Below are positions 17,367 through 26,617 of a stretch of DNA of 64,000 nt, piece after piece. Within the stretch, counting starts at the first letter, position 1. Each line of letters begins with the position of its first letter. Where the stretch lies: positions 11,206-75,205 of the forward strand of contig CAZVKN010000002.1 in the NCBI GenBank assembly GCA_964627035.1. Reading direction: 5' to 3'. Origin of the DNA: an uncultured bacterium (GTDB lineage: Bacteria; Electryoneota; AABM5-125-24; Hatepunaeales; Hatepunaeaceae). The position numbers and the translations under genes were made by a program. Below the pieces are notes generated by a model. That model did no database searches, was not told where the DNA came from, and saw only the letters and a program-made list of their open reading frames with translations.

Positions 17367-18821
17367 TTAATTGGAAACAGCCATCGTTTGGACATGTTTC
17401 CTTGGAATTCTCACAATAAATCGTGTACCTTTATCTACCTCTGACTCAAGATCTATTGAACCCTTATGAGCCTTTGCAATCTTGTGTGCAATAAACAGTC
17501 CCAAACCTGTACCTTCAGTACCTTTCGACGAAAAGAACAGGCTGAATGCCTTCTCCCGTGTTTCCTGTTCCATTCCGATGCCGTCATCCTGAACCTCAAA
17601 CCGGACATGATCCACTTCACCGACTGCCCTTAACACCACCCGATGAGCCTCCTGTTTGTTGTCAATCCGGCAGGCGTCAAGCGAATTCTCCATCAGATTC
17701 ACTAACAGCGAGCGGATCGCTTTGTCGTCAGCTTCAAACTCACCAATATCCATGTTGATCTCTTTTGTAAGCTCAACTCCAAGTTCATCAGCTTTGTCTT
17801 TCGTTAATGTATATACATCGTTGGCGATGCTGTCACCTGACAGCAGCTCCCAATCCGGTTCTCGGTCTTTGGCATAGTAGAGAATATCGAGCACCATGCT
17901 GCGGACGCGGGTCACGTTGCGTAAGACAATCTCCCACCCCTGCTCGACACGGGCAGGATTATTCTTTTTCAGACCGTTATTGACGAGATAGATACCACCA
18001 TCCAATCCGTTGAGGATGCCCTTGATTCCGTGTGAGATAGTGCTTATCAACAGACCGATAGACGTTAACTGATCCTGCAATTCGCGAATCTGTGTGATGT
18101 CGGTGCTGATCTCAATGACCTGTTCAATCTCACCCTCAGCATTGCGCAACGGAGATGTGTAAACCAGCACATTCATCATCTTGCCATCAATTGAGGAGAC
18201 TACCTCTTCGTGGACATGCATCTCTCCATCCTGAAAAGTCTGACGAACGATGCATGGAACACATTCCTCTGTGCGATGTTTGTATGCCTCATAACATTTA
18301 GCACCATAGTTTGGTCCAAATGCTTCACGGTGGAGCCGATTGGCGTGGACGATCCGCATATCACGATCCTGAATCGAAATAAAACAAGGAACCTCCTCAA
18401 ATAATAGCCGGTATTTCTCCTGACTCTCTTTGTTCTGCTTCTGGAGCTGTTTTATCTCAGTGATGTCGGTTGACATCTCCATGACCGCCGTAATCTCACC
18501 GGCTTTATTGTAAATCGGAGTGGTGTAAACAATGACTGACACTTCACTGCCGTCAAGACAACGGACATGCTCTTCGCTTGAATGCCGTTGACCGTCCCTG
18601 AAAGTCCTCTCTACCGGACAGACTTCACACTTTTCAGGACGATTCTTGTACACCTGATAGCAGTATCGCCCCTCATAAGATCCGAAATCCTCAACAAACC
18701 ACTTGTTTGCACTGATAACTTTCAGGTTGCGATCCTGCACGGTCAAGTAGCAAGGCATTGACTCGAAATATTGTTGGTACGGCAGTTCCATGTCAGTCTC
18801 CCAAAAAGACGATAGGAGCAT
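17367..18821 (-). CDS. Sensor histidine kinase with two duplicated Cys-rich PAS-like domains, HisKA and HATPase_c
   Basis: Two repeats with C-x10-C-x2-C (CYQVYKNRPEKCEVCP; CYEAYKHRTEECVPC). H-box ISTISHGIKGIL. G-boxes GTGLGL. Confidence 0.85.
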   Translation of the reverse strand: MLLSSFWETDMELPYQQYFESMPCYLTVQDRNLKVISANKWFVEDFGSYEGRYCYQVYKNRPEKCEVCPVERTFRDGQRHSSEEHVRCLDGSEVSVIVYTTPIYNKAGEITAVMEMSTDITEIKQLQKQNKESQEKYRLLFEEVPCFISIQDRDMRIVHANRLHREAFGPNYGAKCYEAYKHRTEECVPCIVRQTFQDGEMHVHEEVVSSIDGKMMNVLVYTSPLRNAEGEIEQVIEISTDITQIRELQDQLTSIGLLISTISHGIKGILNGLDGGIYLVNNGLKKNNPARVEQGWEIVLRNVTRVRSMVLDILYYAKDREPDWELLSGDSIANDVYTLTKDKADELGVELTKEINMDIGEFEADDKAIRSLLVNLMENSLDACRIDNKQEAHRVVLRAVGEVDHVRFEVQDDGIGMEQETREKAFSLFFSSKGTEGTGLGLFIAHKIAKAHKGSIDLESEVDKGTRFIVRIPRKHVQTMAVSN

Positions 18822-18845
18822 TTAGCTCCTATCATCTAAGATTAA

Positions 18846-20594
18846 TTATGCCAACTCGAGAATTTTCCGAGCGTTGAGCAGCAGAGTATCTTCATTGACA
18901 GGTTTGTTCAGATATCCCTCCGGTGGTGGTATGGATGTGCGATCATAGATCAATTTACGCAATTCGGGTCTGCCTGTTATGATACAGATTTTGATACTTT
19001 CAGTCTCAGGATTCTTCTTTAACGCTTCATAAACCTTCGTCCCGTCCGTTCCGGGCATTGACAGGTCAAGCGTGATCATATCAGGTATTTCCTTTGACGC
19101 TATTTCAATTGCTGAATCACCGTCCGCTGCTTCAAGCACCGTAGCACCGTTGTCTTCCATTACTGCGGTGAAGAAGGTGCGGATGTCCGGTTCGTCATCA
19201 ACAACCAATATTCTGAATCCGGCGAGTGCTTCTGCAACTGCCTCTTCTTTAATTTCCGGAACGGCAACAACAACCGGTTTCTCAGGAATGACAATTGCAT
19301 TTGCAACCAGATTGACCAATTGAGTAACTTCCATGCCCAGCTCGTAATGTTTTATGCAGTCTGCTAAACCATCCACGCAGTTGTGACATGATGTCACGAC
19401 AATTTCAGCACCTGTCGCCTTCAACTGGTCAGCTTTGACCTTTGCCGATTTCAGACGACGCGGCGTATATTCCGACATTGACATCGCACCACCGCCACCT
19501 GTGCAGCAGTAGTTCTCCGCTCGATTCGGGTACATCTCTGTGAAGTTCTCACAGACAAGGTTTAGTAGTTCACGAGGCTCTTCAAACAAGCCGCAGCTTC
19601 GTGCGTTGTTGCATGAATCGTGAAAGGTGACCGGAATTTTGTTCTTAGATTTATCAACTTTAATCCTGCCTTCTTTAATGTAACGGAGCATCGTATCTAC
19701 GGAACTTTCCATTACAAAATTCACATCAACCTGACCCCAGTTCTGTCCTTCGCAGCGTGTCGAACGGTAACCGTGACCACACTCGGAGATGACCAGCGTC
19801 TTACCTTTCAACTCTTCAACCTTGTCATACAGCCTCTTCGCAACCGCACCACCGAGGTCGTCATCACCGGAGAACAGCCCGAAGTTGGTCATGTCCCAGC
19901 CCTCACTCGGCATCGTCCAGTTCTCGCCTGCAATATGGAAAATCTTTGCTGCATCTGCAATTGTGCGAGGGTCATATTTTGCCTCGCGGGGATTGATTGA
20001 ATATACTATGTCGGCGTTCATCTTATCAATAGGTATTACCGCAGTCTTATCCTCCAAATCCTCCTGCAGCTCTTCGGACATCCAATCAAGTGTATCAAGA
20101 TAATCCTCTTTTAACACACCCATCTGATTGCCGATCTCCCATTGATCCTTACTCACAACCGCCACACCCTCCGGCATGACTCCAACAGACACCAAAAGTC
20201 CGCGAGTCATCCGGTTGTAAGTTGCAAAGTCAACACCCATCGGGCAGTTGATTGAGCAACGTCGGCAGTTGGTGCACTTACCGAAAACCGTATCTTTAAT
20301 TTCTTCAAGTTCTTCATCGGTATAGACACTCTTTGCTTTGACCCACCATGGGATCACCTGCCCGGTCCAGTCGTGATGGCGCTTGAACAGCTTCCGCAGA
20401 ATGTCTCCTTTATATGCCGGGGCGTATGTCGGATCCCCCGGATTTGCCTGAACGTAATGACAAGACTCGGTACACATCCCACAGTGAACACAAGCCAGCA
20501 ATGAACCTGCAATCTGGCGGTTCAGCTTTTTACTCATCCGTTCCAGTACTTTCTCAGCTTTATATGATCTGGCTTTAGCCATTGTTGTCTCCAT
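18846..20594 (-). CDS. HdrD/DsrK/GlpC-like Fe-S oxidoreductase (2x[4Fe-4S] plus 2 CCG domains) fused to a C-terminal response-regulator receiver domain
   Basis: CVHCGMCTESCHY and CTNCRRCSINCPMG ferredoxin motifs. CCG motifs CGHGYRSTRCEG, CCTGGGGAMSM and TSCHNCVDGLADC. C-terminal REC: ILVVDDEPD, ITLDLSMPGTDG, IITG, NKP. Confidence 0.8.
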   Translation of the reverse strand: METTMAKARSYKAEKVLERMSKKLNRQIAGSLLACVHCGMCTESCHYVQANPGDPTYAPAYKGDILRKLFKRHHDWTGQVIPWWVKAKSVYTDEELEEIKDTVFGKCTNCRRCSINCPMGVDFATYNRMTRGLLVSVGVMPEGVAVVSKDQWEIGNQMGVLKEDYLDTLDWMSEELQEDLEDKTAVIPIDKMNADIVYSINPREAKYDPRTIADAAKIFHIAGENWTMPSEGWDMTNFGLFSGDDDLGGAVAKRLYDKVEELKGKTLVISECGHGYRSTRCEGQNWGQVDVNFVMESSVDTMLRYIKEGRIKVDKSKNKIPVTFHDSCNNARSCGLFEEPRELLNLVCENFTEMYPNRAENYCCTGGGGAMSMSEYTPRRLKSAKVKADQLKATGAEIVVTSCHNCVDGLADCIKHYELGMEVTQLVNLVANAIVIPEKPVVVAVPEIKEEAVAEALAGFRILVVDDEPDIRTFFTAVMEDNGATVLEAADGDSAIEIASKEIPDMITLDLSMPGTDGTKVYEALKKNPETESIKICIITGRPELRKLIYDRTSIPPPEGYLNKPVNEDTLLLNARKILELA

Positions 20595-20698
20595 TATATG
20601 TTAAGGAGTGCTGCAATCGGGCTTGTATCGCCCGGCGTCGCGGTTGAGACAACCACGACTACAATTCTGTATTTTTTCAGCAATCTCGAATTTTAATT

Positions 20699-21370
20699 TT
20701 ATCCGCGTACAATAGGAAATACACCTCGATGTCCCATGCTCTTCCCGAAGTAGTAACGGGTAAAGGGATAATATAGATAGTGCGATATTTTGCTGAACGG
20801 GACGTAAACCAGGAAGAATGCGGTCAGCATGAAATATACCATCAACACAGCTTCACCTGCAGCGAGGTTGTTCGGTGTCGCCCAAAAAGCGAACCAGAAC
20901 CAAACTGTCAACAGCAGCAGCGAGAAATAATCATCCGGAGTGCTAATCGCTCTCATGTAAACATCAATAGCACGCCTTATTATTCGATACACACCGACAA
21001 TGAAAGCCGCACCTATAATTATCTGGAAAATCAGACTCAGAAGAGCAGGTAATGGATTCTCTCCATAACCGTACGGTATAACGAATGACAGAAGAATTGC
21101 AGCAGTCACCCCGAGATGAAACAGGACGAATTGAAAATAGATAAAGAAATGCTTGCGGGTGCTCTCCATTGCCCACGGCATCCCGACATTGCCCCAACTA
21201 TACAGTATCCCTTTTCGTGGGGTCGTGTTGCTAAGACCTGTTTTCGCTTGTCGCTCCTTACCGGCTTTGAATCTGGTAAACCAGTAGATTCTAAATATGT
21301 AAACACACGCCATGAAGACCAAAGCAGACTCTTGTAGTATGTGCTCTGAAAATTTCAGAAGGTCACTCAT
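20699..21370 (-). CDS. NarI/HdrE/DsrM-like membrane cytochrome b, probable quinol-interacting partner of the HdrD-like protein
   Basis: About 5 TM helices with conserved His (FVLFHLG, SKISHYLYYPFTRYYF resembling the NarI-family C-terminal PF..H motif). Immediately upstream of the CCG protein. Confidence 0.55.
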   Translation of the reverse strand: MSDLLKFSEHILQESALVFMACVYIFRIYWFTRFKAGKERQAKTGLSNTTPRKGILYSWGNVGMPWAMESTRKHFFIYFQFVLFHLGVTAAILLSFVIPYGYGENPLPALLSLIFQIIIGAAFIVGVYRIIRRAIDVYMRAISTPDDYFSLLLLTVWFWFAFWATPNNLAAGEAVLMVYFMLTAFFLVYVPFSKISHYLYYPFTRYYFGKSMGHRGVFPIVRG

Positions 21371-21400
21371 TATTGTTCCTTATTGTATGGAAATTGTTTT

Positions 21401-21928
21401 CTAAGATTGAAGTTCGGCTTCAAACGGCTTGTACTCCCGGTTGTCCATAGTAGCAATGATAACCTCCTCCAAACCGCTGCCGTTGGTAAGATGTGAGCGA
21501 AACTCTTCGATCATTATTTTTGCACAGGTCGGGAGTGGAATCCCGTAAAATCCGGTACCCATCGGCGGGAAAGCAACTCTTTTAATCCCTTTCTCGTCTG
21601 CTCGTTTCAGGCTGCTTTTGATGGTGCTGTGTAGTTTTAATTCACTGTCCTGTTCCTGAAATTTAGGACCGTTTGCGTGGATGATATAGTCAGCTTTCAA
21701 TTCTCCGGCGGAAGAGACCACCGTTTCTGTGACATTAATCGGATCGAAGGTTGCAAGTTCCTTTTTAATTGAAGGACCTCCCCGCATTGAGATGGCATTT
21801 CCAAATCCACTGCCAAGTTCAAGATTGGATTGAGCATAAAAAACAATTGCCTCGACGTTTAGATTGGTTAAATCTCCCATGATCAGACGGACCGTGCTGT
21901 TTTTTATTTTGATAGATTTTTCCGGCAT
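21401..21928 (-). CDS. Macro-domain protein (ADP-ribose / O-acetyl-ADP-ribose processing)
   Basis: LIMGDLTNLNVEAIVFYAQSNLELGSGFGNAISMRGG matches the macro-domain N-terminal signature. Confidence 0.7.
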   Translation of the reverse strand: MPEKSIKIKNSTVRLIMGDLTNLNVEAIVFYAQSNLELGSGFGNAISMRGGPSIKKELATFDPINVTETVVSSAGELKADYIIHANGPKFQEQDSELKLHSTIKSSLKRADEKGIKRVAFPPMGTGFYGIPLPTCAKIMIEEFRSHLTNGSGLEEVIIATMDNREYKPFEAELQS

Positions 21929-21947
21929 GTATTACCCTTGTGAACAG

Positions 21948-22163
21948 TTAATTTTTTTCATCGTCCCAAATACCGTTTTTTTGATGCTGACGCTTCTCAC
22001 GCTCTGCCATTGAGCGGAGTTTGTAAGCGGCGTCTCGCAGCGTGCCGTAGAGGATACCGCAGCTTTTATCCTGACGAGCGGCATCTCCGGCATCAGCCAA
22101 AACCATCATCTCGCGGGACACCTGCAAGACCTTGGTGATATTTTTGTTATATGGTTTTGACAT
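21948..22163 (-). CDS. Small hypothetical protein (71 aa), first gene after the sigma54 promoter
   Basis: ATG start. No recognisable domain. Confidence 0.4.
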   Translation of the reverse strand: MSKPYNKNITKVLQVSREMMVLADAGDAARQDKSCGILYGTLRDAAYKLRSMAEREKRQHQKNGIWDDEKN

Positions 22164-22186
22164 AGATCAAATGAGTTTGATAGTTC

Positions 22187-22217
22187 TGTTTGAGCAATTA
22201 TGCACAAACCGTGCCAA
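22187..22217 (-). promoter_or_regulatory. Candidate sigma54 (-24/-12) promoter: TGGCAC-GGTTT-GTGCA on the minus strand
   Basis: Plus-strand GCACAAACCGTGCCA at 22202-22216 is the reverse complement of TGGCACGGTTTGTGC. It lies about 25-55 nt upstream of the 71-aa ORF start and downstream of the sigma54 activator gene. Confidence 0.5.
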
Positions 22218-22460
22218 ACAGAGAACAGCACGAGCCATCCAATTATCTTTCTATTATTATAGCACTTAATTAAATTAATAGAATGAGTAAACGGAAGCTT
22301 TCAACTTAATTGTGAAACATAATATTACGAATCAAAATTGATGTAGATCCGTTGCGACAGTAACTATATGGTTATATAAAGAATAGGAGTTGTATCAAAG
22401 ATAGGAAGAGTGAAAAAATGTACTCTTATAATTTCTGTACAGAGATGTATTACGTAACAG

Positions 22461-24191
22461 TTAACGGTTTCCGAGATAACGGTACAGTGTTGTTCTGCTG
22501 ACACCGAGCAGTTTTGCAGCTTTAGCTTTATTGCCACCTGTACGCCGTAATGCGGAAGAGACATCGTCATCTGTAAGTAGCTGTGGACGACCCGGTCTGA
22601 CTTGGGCAGTAGTCAGGGATTCGCACAATTCCGGTGGAAGGTGCTTGATGTCAATGATATTTCCGTGACACTTTATCAAGGCAAACTGAACGGCATTGCT
22701 CAGCTCACGGATGTTGCCGTGCCAGTCGTAACTGATCAGTTGTGAGGTCGCTTCAGGAGTTATCTCAGGAACTATATTCCCACTGTTGGCTGTGTACTTC
22801 TGCAGGAAATGATCAATGAGAAGCGGTATGTCGCTTCGTCTTTCTCGTAGCGGGGGTAGGTTAATAGGAATGACGGCAAGACGGTAGTATAGATCCTCTC
22901 TGAACAGGTTCTGCTGTGTCAACTGCCGCAGGTCACGGTTGGCGGCACAGATAACCCGTACGTCAACCTTTTTGGTTTGCTCACCCCCGACAGGTTCAAA
23001 CGTCTTTTCCTGCAGTACGCGCAGCAGCTTGACTTGCATTGCCGGAGATATTTCTCCAATCTCATCAAGGAAGATAGTACCCTTGTCAGCAAGCTCAAAC
23101 CGACCTTTTTTATCACGGATTGCACCGGTGAAGGCTCCGCGCACATGACCAAACAGCTCACTCTCGAGTGTGCCCTCCGGCAGCGCACCACAGTTGACGG
23201 GGACAAAAGGCTTATTCCTTCTTGCGCTCGATTTGTGCAGGGCGTTTGCCACCATCTCTTTGCCTGTTCCGCTCTCACCCTGAATCAATATCGGCACATT
23301 GACATCCGACAGTTCGCGAATTGCATCGAAAACTTTCCGTATGGAGATGTGACGACCGACGATCCCGTGGGTGTCACGACTCATCTCGAGTTGCCTTCGC
23401 AATCGAGAAACTTCAGTTACATCACGAAACACTACCAATGCGCCCATTACAATGTCATGTGAGTCGTTAATAGTAATCACCGACATCTCCAGCTCACACT
23501 CCTGTCCGTTCCTCTTTGTAAACGTCTGTGGGTAGCGGAGTCTGCTGTGCATCTGTATGTTGTCTATACAAAATGAGCAGTCACCCCCGCAAAACCGACC
23601 AGGAAACACCTCATGGCAGTCGCGCCCAATGACGTCAGATTCACTGAATCCGGTGATTGCCTGAGCAGCCTGATTAAAAAAATATATCTTTCGGTCAAGA
23701 CCGTGAGCCATCACTCCGTCAGTGAGGTTGTTGATCAGAGATTCCAGTGTGATTCGCGTTTGGCGGATAGCATCGAGAAAACCGTGCTCAAACATACTGC
23801 CGACTCTCGACTGTATATCATCACGGATAGCGCAGAACATTGCTTTTATCTGCTCAGGTGGCACGTTCTGTTGTTTACCGGGATCAATCAGTGACCAGTG
23901 AATTCGGGGAGGCGAACCGGGGAATGTGGGACAGATCTCTTTTGCATGGTCGCACAGAGTTATCACAATGTCAAAAGGTACAGACTCAAGCTCCGGTATC
24001 GAGTAATCCACATGTGAGGCGACATCCAGCCCCAGATCGTTCATCACATCATGAACAATCGGATCAAGCTCCTGCTGTTTGTCACCTGCGCAAAACATCT
24101 GCATATCCGGCTTACAAAACTGCCCTGCAAAAGCAGCAGCCATCTGACTCCGACCCGAGTTACCGGTACATGCAAACAGGATTCTGAACAT
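22461..24191 (-). CDS. Sigma54-dependent transcriptional activator with an N-terminal ArsC/LMW-PTP-like domain and a Cys-rich PAS domain
   Basis: N-terminus ILFACTGNSGRSQMA (CX5R P-loop as in Trx-coupled ArsC/LMW-PTP) with LCDHAKEICP. PAS carries CHEVFPGRFCGGDCSFC. AAA+ GESGTGKE, ELFGH and GAFTGA motifs. C-terminal HTH LLGVSRTTLYRYL. Confidence 0.85.
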   Translation of the reverse strand: MFRILFACTGNSGRSQMAAAFAGQFCKPDMQMFCAGDKQQELDPIVHDVMNDLGLDVASHVDYSIPELESVPFDIVITLCDHAKEICPTFPGSPPRIHWSLIDPGKQQNVPPEQIKAMFCAIRDDIQSRVGSMFEHGFLDAIRQTRITLESLINNLTDGVMAHGLDRKIYFFNQAAQAITGFSESDVIGRDCHEVFPGRFCGGDCSFCIDNIQMHSRLRYPQTFTKRNGQECELEMSVITINDSHDIVMGALVVFRDVTEVSRLRRQLEMSRDTHGIVGRHISIRKVFDAIRELSDVNVPILIQGESGTGKEMVANALHKSSARRNKPFVPVNCGALPEGTLESELFGHVRGAFTGAIRDKKGRFELADKGTIFLDEIGEISPAMQVKLLRVLQEKTFEPVGGEQTKKVDVRVICAANRDLRQLTQQNLFREDLYYRLAVIPINLPPLRERRSDIPLLIDHFLQKYTANSGNIVPEITPEATSQLISYDWHGNIRELSNAVQFALIKCHGNIIDIKHLPPELCESLTTAQVRPGRPQLLTDDDVSSALRRTGGNKAKAAKLLGVSRTTLYRYLGNR

Positions 24192-24273
24192 TGCTTTGGA
24201 ATTACTCCGTTTTCAGACTATCTGAGAGTGTAAATTCTCCGCTGTCAGGTTGCCGTTCCAGACAACCAAAAGG

Positions 24274-24324
24274 GGAGCAGTGACATTCCTGTCACTGGAG
24301 GACGGACAGGAATGTCCGTCCTCC
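24274..24324. repeat. Tandem palindromic hairpins with a GACATTCCTGTC / GACAGGAATGTC core
   Basis: GGAGCAGTGACATTCCTGTCACTGGAG plus GACGGACAGGAATGTCCGTCCTCC. Family also at 40005, 51470, 53155, 57205, 57396 and 61744. Confidence 0.8.
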
Positions 24325-24423
24325 AGGTTCAATCACACTGGAATGCCCATGCTCCCCAGCAACTAAAGAGAAGCCCTACAATCGTTGCAGGGCTCCTCAT
24401 TAAATAGAAATCAATTCGTCACA

Positions 24424-25449
24424 TTAAACGTGTGGGCAGGCGACCATTCTGCCGCTGCCGTAATCCTTCAGTGCGGGCATCTCATCAGCGCAGGTAGTTT
24501 TCGCAATCGGACACCTCGTTCTGAATGGACAACCTGACGGCTTGTTAAGCGGTGTCGGCACATCTCCTGTCAGGATGACACGCTCCCGTTTGCCTACGCC
24601 TTTTGGATCAGGAATTGGAACCGCTGACAAAAGGGCATTTGTGTATGGATGCTTCGGATCACTGTAGATCATATCAGACGGTCCTATCTCAACCAGATTG
24701 CCGAGATACATCACCGCAATCCGTGCTGAAATATGCTCAACCACTGACAAATCGTGGGCGATGAACAAAAATGTTAATCCAAGCTCTTCCTGCAGATCCT
24801 GCAACAGATTTATCACCTGAGCCTGAATGGACACGTCAAGTGCGGACACCGGCTCATCGGCGATGATGACTTTCGGATTGGTCGCCAATGCACGTGCGAT
24901 ACCGATCCGTTGGCGCTGACCACCTGAGAACTCATGGGGGTAACGCTGCGCCTGTTCCGGATTCAAACCGACCTTTTCCAGCAGCCAACCGACACGTTCC
25001 TGTCTCTCCGTGTTATCCATCTTCGTGTGAATCAGCAGAGGTTCTTCGACGATTTTGGATACTGTAAGGCGCGGATTGAGCGAAGCAAACGGATCCTGAA
25101 ATATCATCTGAACCAGTGATCGGTACGGTCGCATCGCTTTCTTCTTTAACCGGGTGATGTTGACCGGTTCAACACCTTTGCCGTTGTGATCCACATGGAA
25201 CAGTACGTCTCCTTCGATTATCACATCCGGTGCAATGAATTTCAGGATGTTAATAATCGCTCTGCCAACTGTAGTTTTACCGCAGCCCGACTCACCGACC
25301 AGACCGAGGGTTTCGCCTTCAATCAGATCCAGAGAGACGTTCTCAACAGCACGAACTTCTGCAACTTTTCCCAGAAAAACACCACCAAATATCGGGAATC
25401 TTACCGACAGATCCTTTACCTGAATGACAGGTTTCGTTTTATTTGCCAC
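24424..25449 (-). CDS. Oligopeptide/dipeptide ABC transporter ATP-binding protein (OppF/DppF-like)
   Basis: Walker [18 protein letters not shown], Walker B IIADEP, and a C-terminal oligopeptide C-terminal domain with Cys. Confidence 0.8.
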   Translation of the reverse strand: MANKTKPVIQVKDLSVRFPIFGGVFLGKVAEVRAVENVSLDLIEGETLGLVGESGCGKTTVGRAIINILKFIAPDVIIEGDVLFHVDHNGKGVEPVNITRLKKKAMRPYRSLVQMIFQDPFASLNPRLTVSKIVEEPLLIHTKMDNTERQERVGWLLEKVGLNPEQAQRYPHEFSGGQRQRIGIARALATNPKVIIADEPVSALDVSIQAQVINLLQDLQEELGLTFLFIAHDLSVVEHISARIAVMYLGNLVEIGPSDMIYSDPKHPYTNALLSAVPIPDPKGVGKRERVILTGDVPTPLNKPSGCPFRTRCPIAKTTCADEMPALKDYGSGRMVACPHV

Positions 25450-25458
25450 AATCTCCTC

Positions 25459-26490
25459 CTATGTGTACAGGTGACAGCGGGTCCAACGTCCCTGCTTCAC
25501 CTGCGTCAGTTTTGGTTCTTCACGACTGCAAATCGGTTCCGCTTTATCGCAGCGGTTAGAAAATTTGCAGCCGGGTGGCAAATTGATAATACTGGGCACT
25601 GTACCCGGTATGTTATAGAGCCTGTGCTGTTTCTGAATATCCGGTCGAGGCAGCGAATGCAGCAGCCCCTTCGTATATGGGTGCATCGGCTCTTCAAACA
25701 GAGGTCCGACATCCGCCATTTCCTGAATCATCCCGCCATACATCACAATCACTCGTTGACAGGTTTCGGCAATCACAGCCAAGTCGTGGGTGATGAGCAT
25801 GATCGCCGCTTCCTTACGACGATCCTGAAGCTCCATCATCAGGTCGAGAATCTGTGCCTGAATTGTCACATCGAGGGCGGTGGTCGGCTCATCCGCAATC
25901 AACAGCGCAGGATCACATGCCAGTGCCATAGCGATCATTACGCGCTGCCGCATACCACCGGAAAATTGGTGCGGATAGTCTTTCATCCGCTTGGCAGCAT
26001 CCGGTATCCCGACATGCTCGAGCATCTTTACAGCGTGGTCAAAGACCTGATCCTTTTCGACATAATCGTGATGCTTGACTATCTCTTCGACCTGCATACC
26101 TACGGTAAAAACCGGATTGAGGGATGTCATCGGTTCCTGAAAGATCATAGCGATCTCTCGTCCGCGGATCTTGTACATCTCTTCAAGGGGAAGTTTCAGC
26201 AGGTCTCTGCCTTGGAAGATCACCTCTCCGGAAACAATCTCACCTGGAGGGTTGGGAATTAACCGAACCAAAGAGAGCGCCGTGACAGATTTTCCGGAGC
26301 CGGACTCGCCGACAATACCGAGAACCTCGCCTTTCTTAACGTGAAAGTTGACACCGTCAACGGCTTTTGCGGTTCCCGCTTCGGTGTGAAAGTGAGTTTT
26401 TAATTGTTTGACCTCCACCAGCAGATCACCGGACATCGAAATCGCATCAGGATCAGCCGAAGGAGCTTGAACGGTTTTGCTATTAGCCAC
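25459..26490 (-). CDS. Oligopeptide/dipeptide ABC transporter ATP-binding protein (OppD/DppD-like)
   Basis: [22 protein letters not shown], and the C-terminal extension typical of OppD. Confidence 0.8.
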   Translation of the reverse strand: MANSKTVQAPSADPDAISMSGDLLVEVKQLKTHFHTEAGTAKAVDGVNFHVKKGEVLGIVGESGSGKSVTALSLVRLIPNPPGEIVSGEVIFQGRDLLKLPLEEMYKIRGREIAMIFQEPMTSLNPVFTVGMQVEEIVKHHDYVEKDQVFDHAVKMLEHVGIPDAAKRMKDYPHQFSGGMRQRVMIAMALACDPALLIADEPTTALDVTIQAQILDLMMELQDRRKEAAIMLITHDLAVIAETCQRVIVMYGGMIQEMADVGPLFEEPMHPYTKGLLHSLPRPDIQKQHRLYNIPGTVPSIINLPPGCKFSNRCDKAEPICSREEPKLTQVKQGRWTRCHLYT

Positions 26491-26617
26491 TTGTGTACCG
26501 TTTGTTTCGTTTTATTCTCGTGAACAGTGACAATATATAGTCATGGCTATTCATATCAAAGCGGTTAGGCTGAACTTGCTGCAGTAATACGAGTTCCTTG
26601 AAGGATTTTTTCACAAT

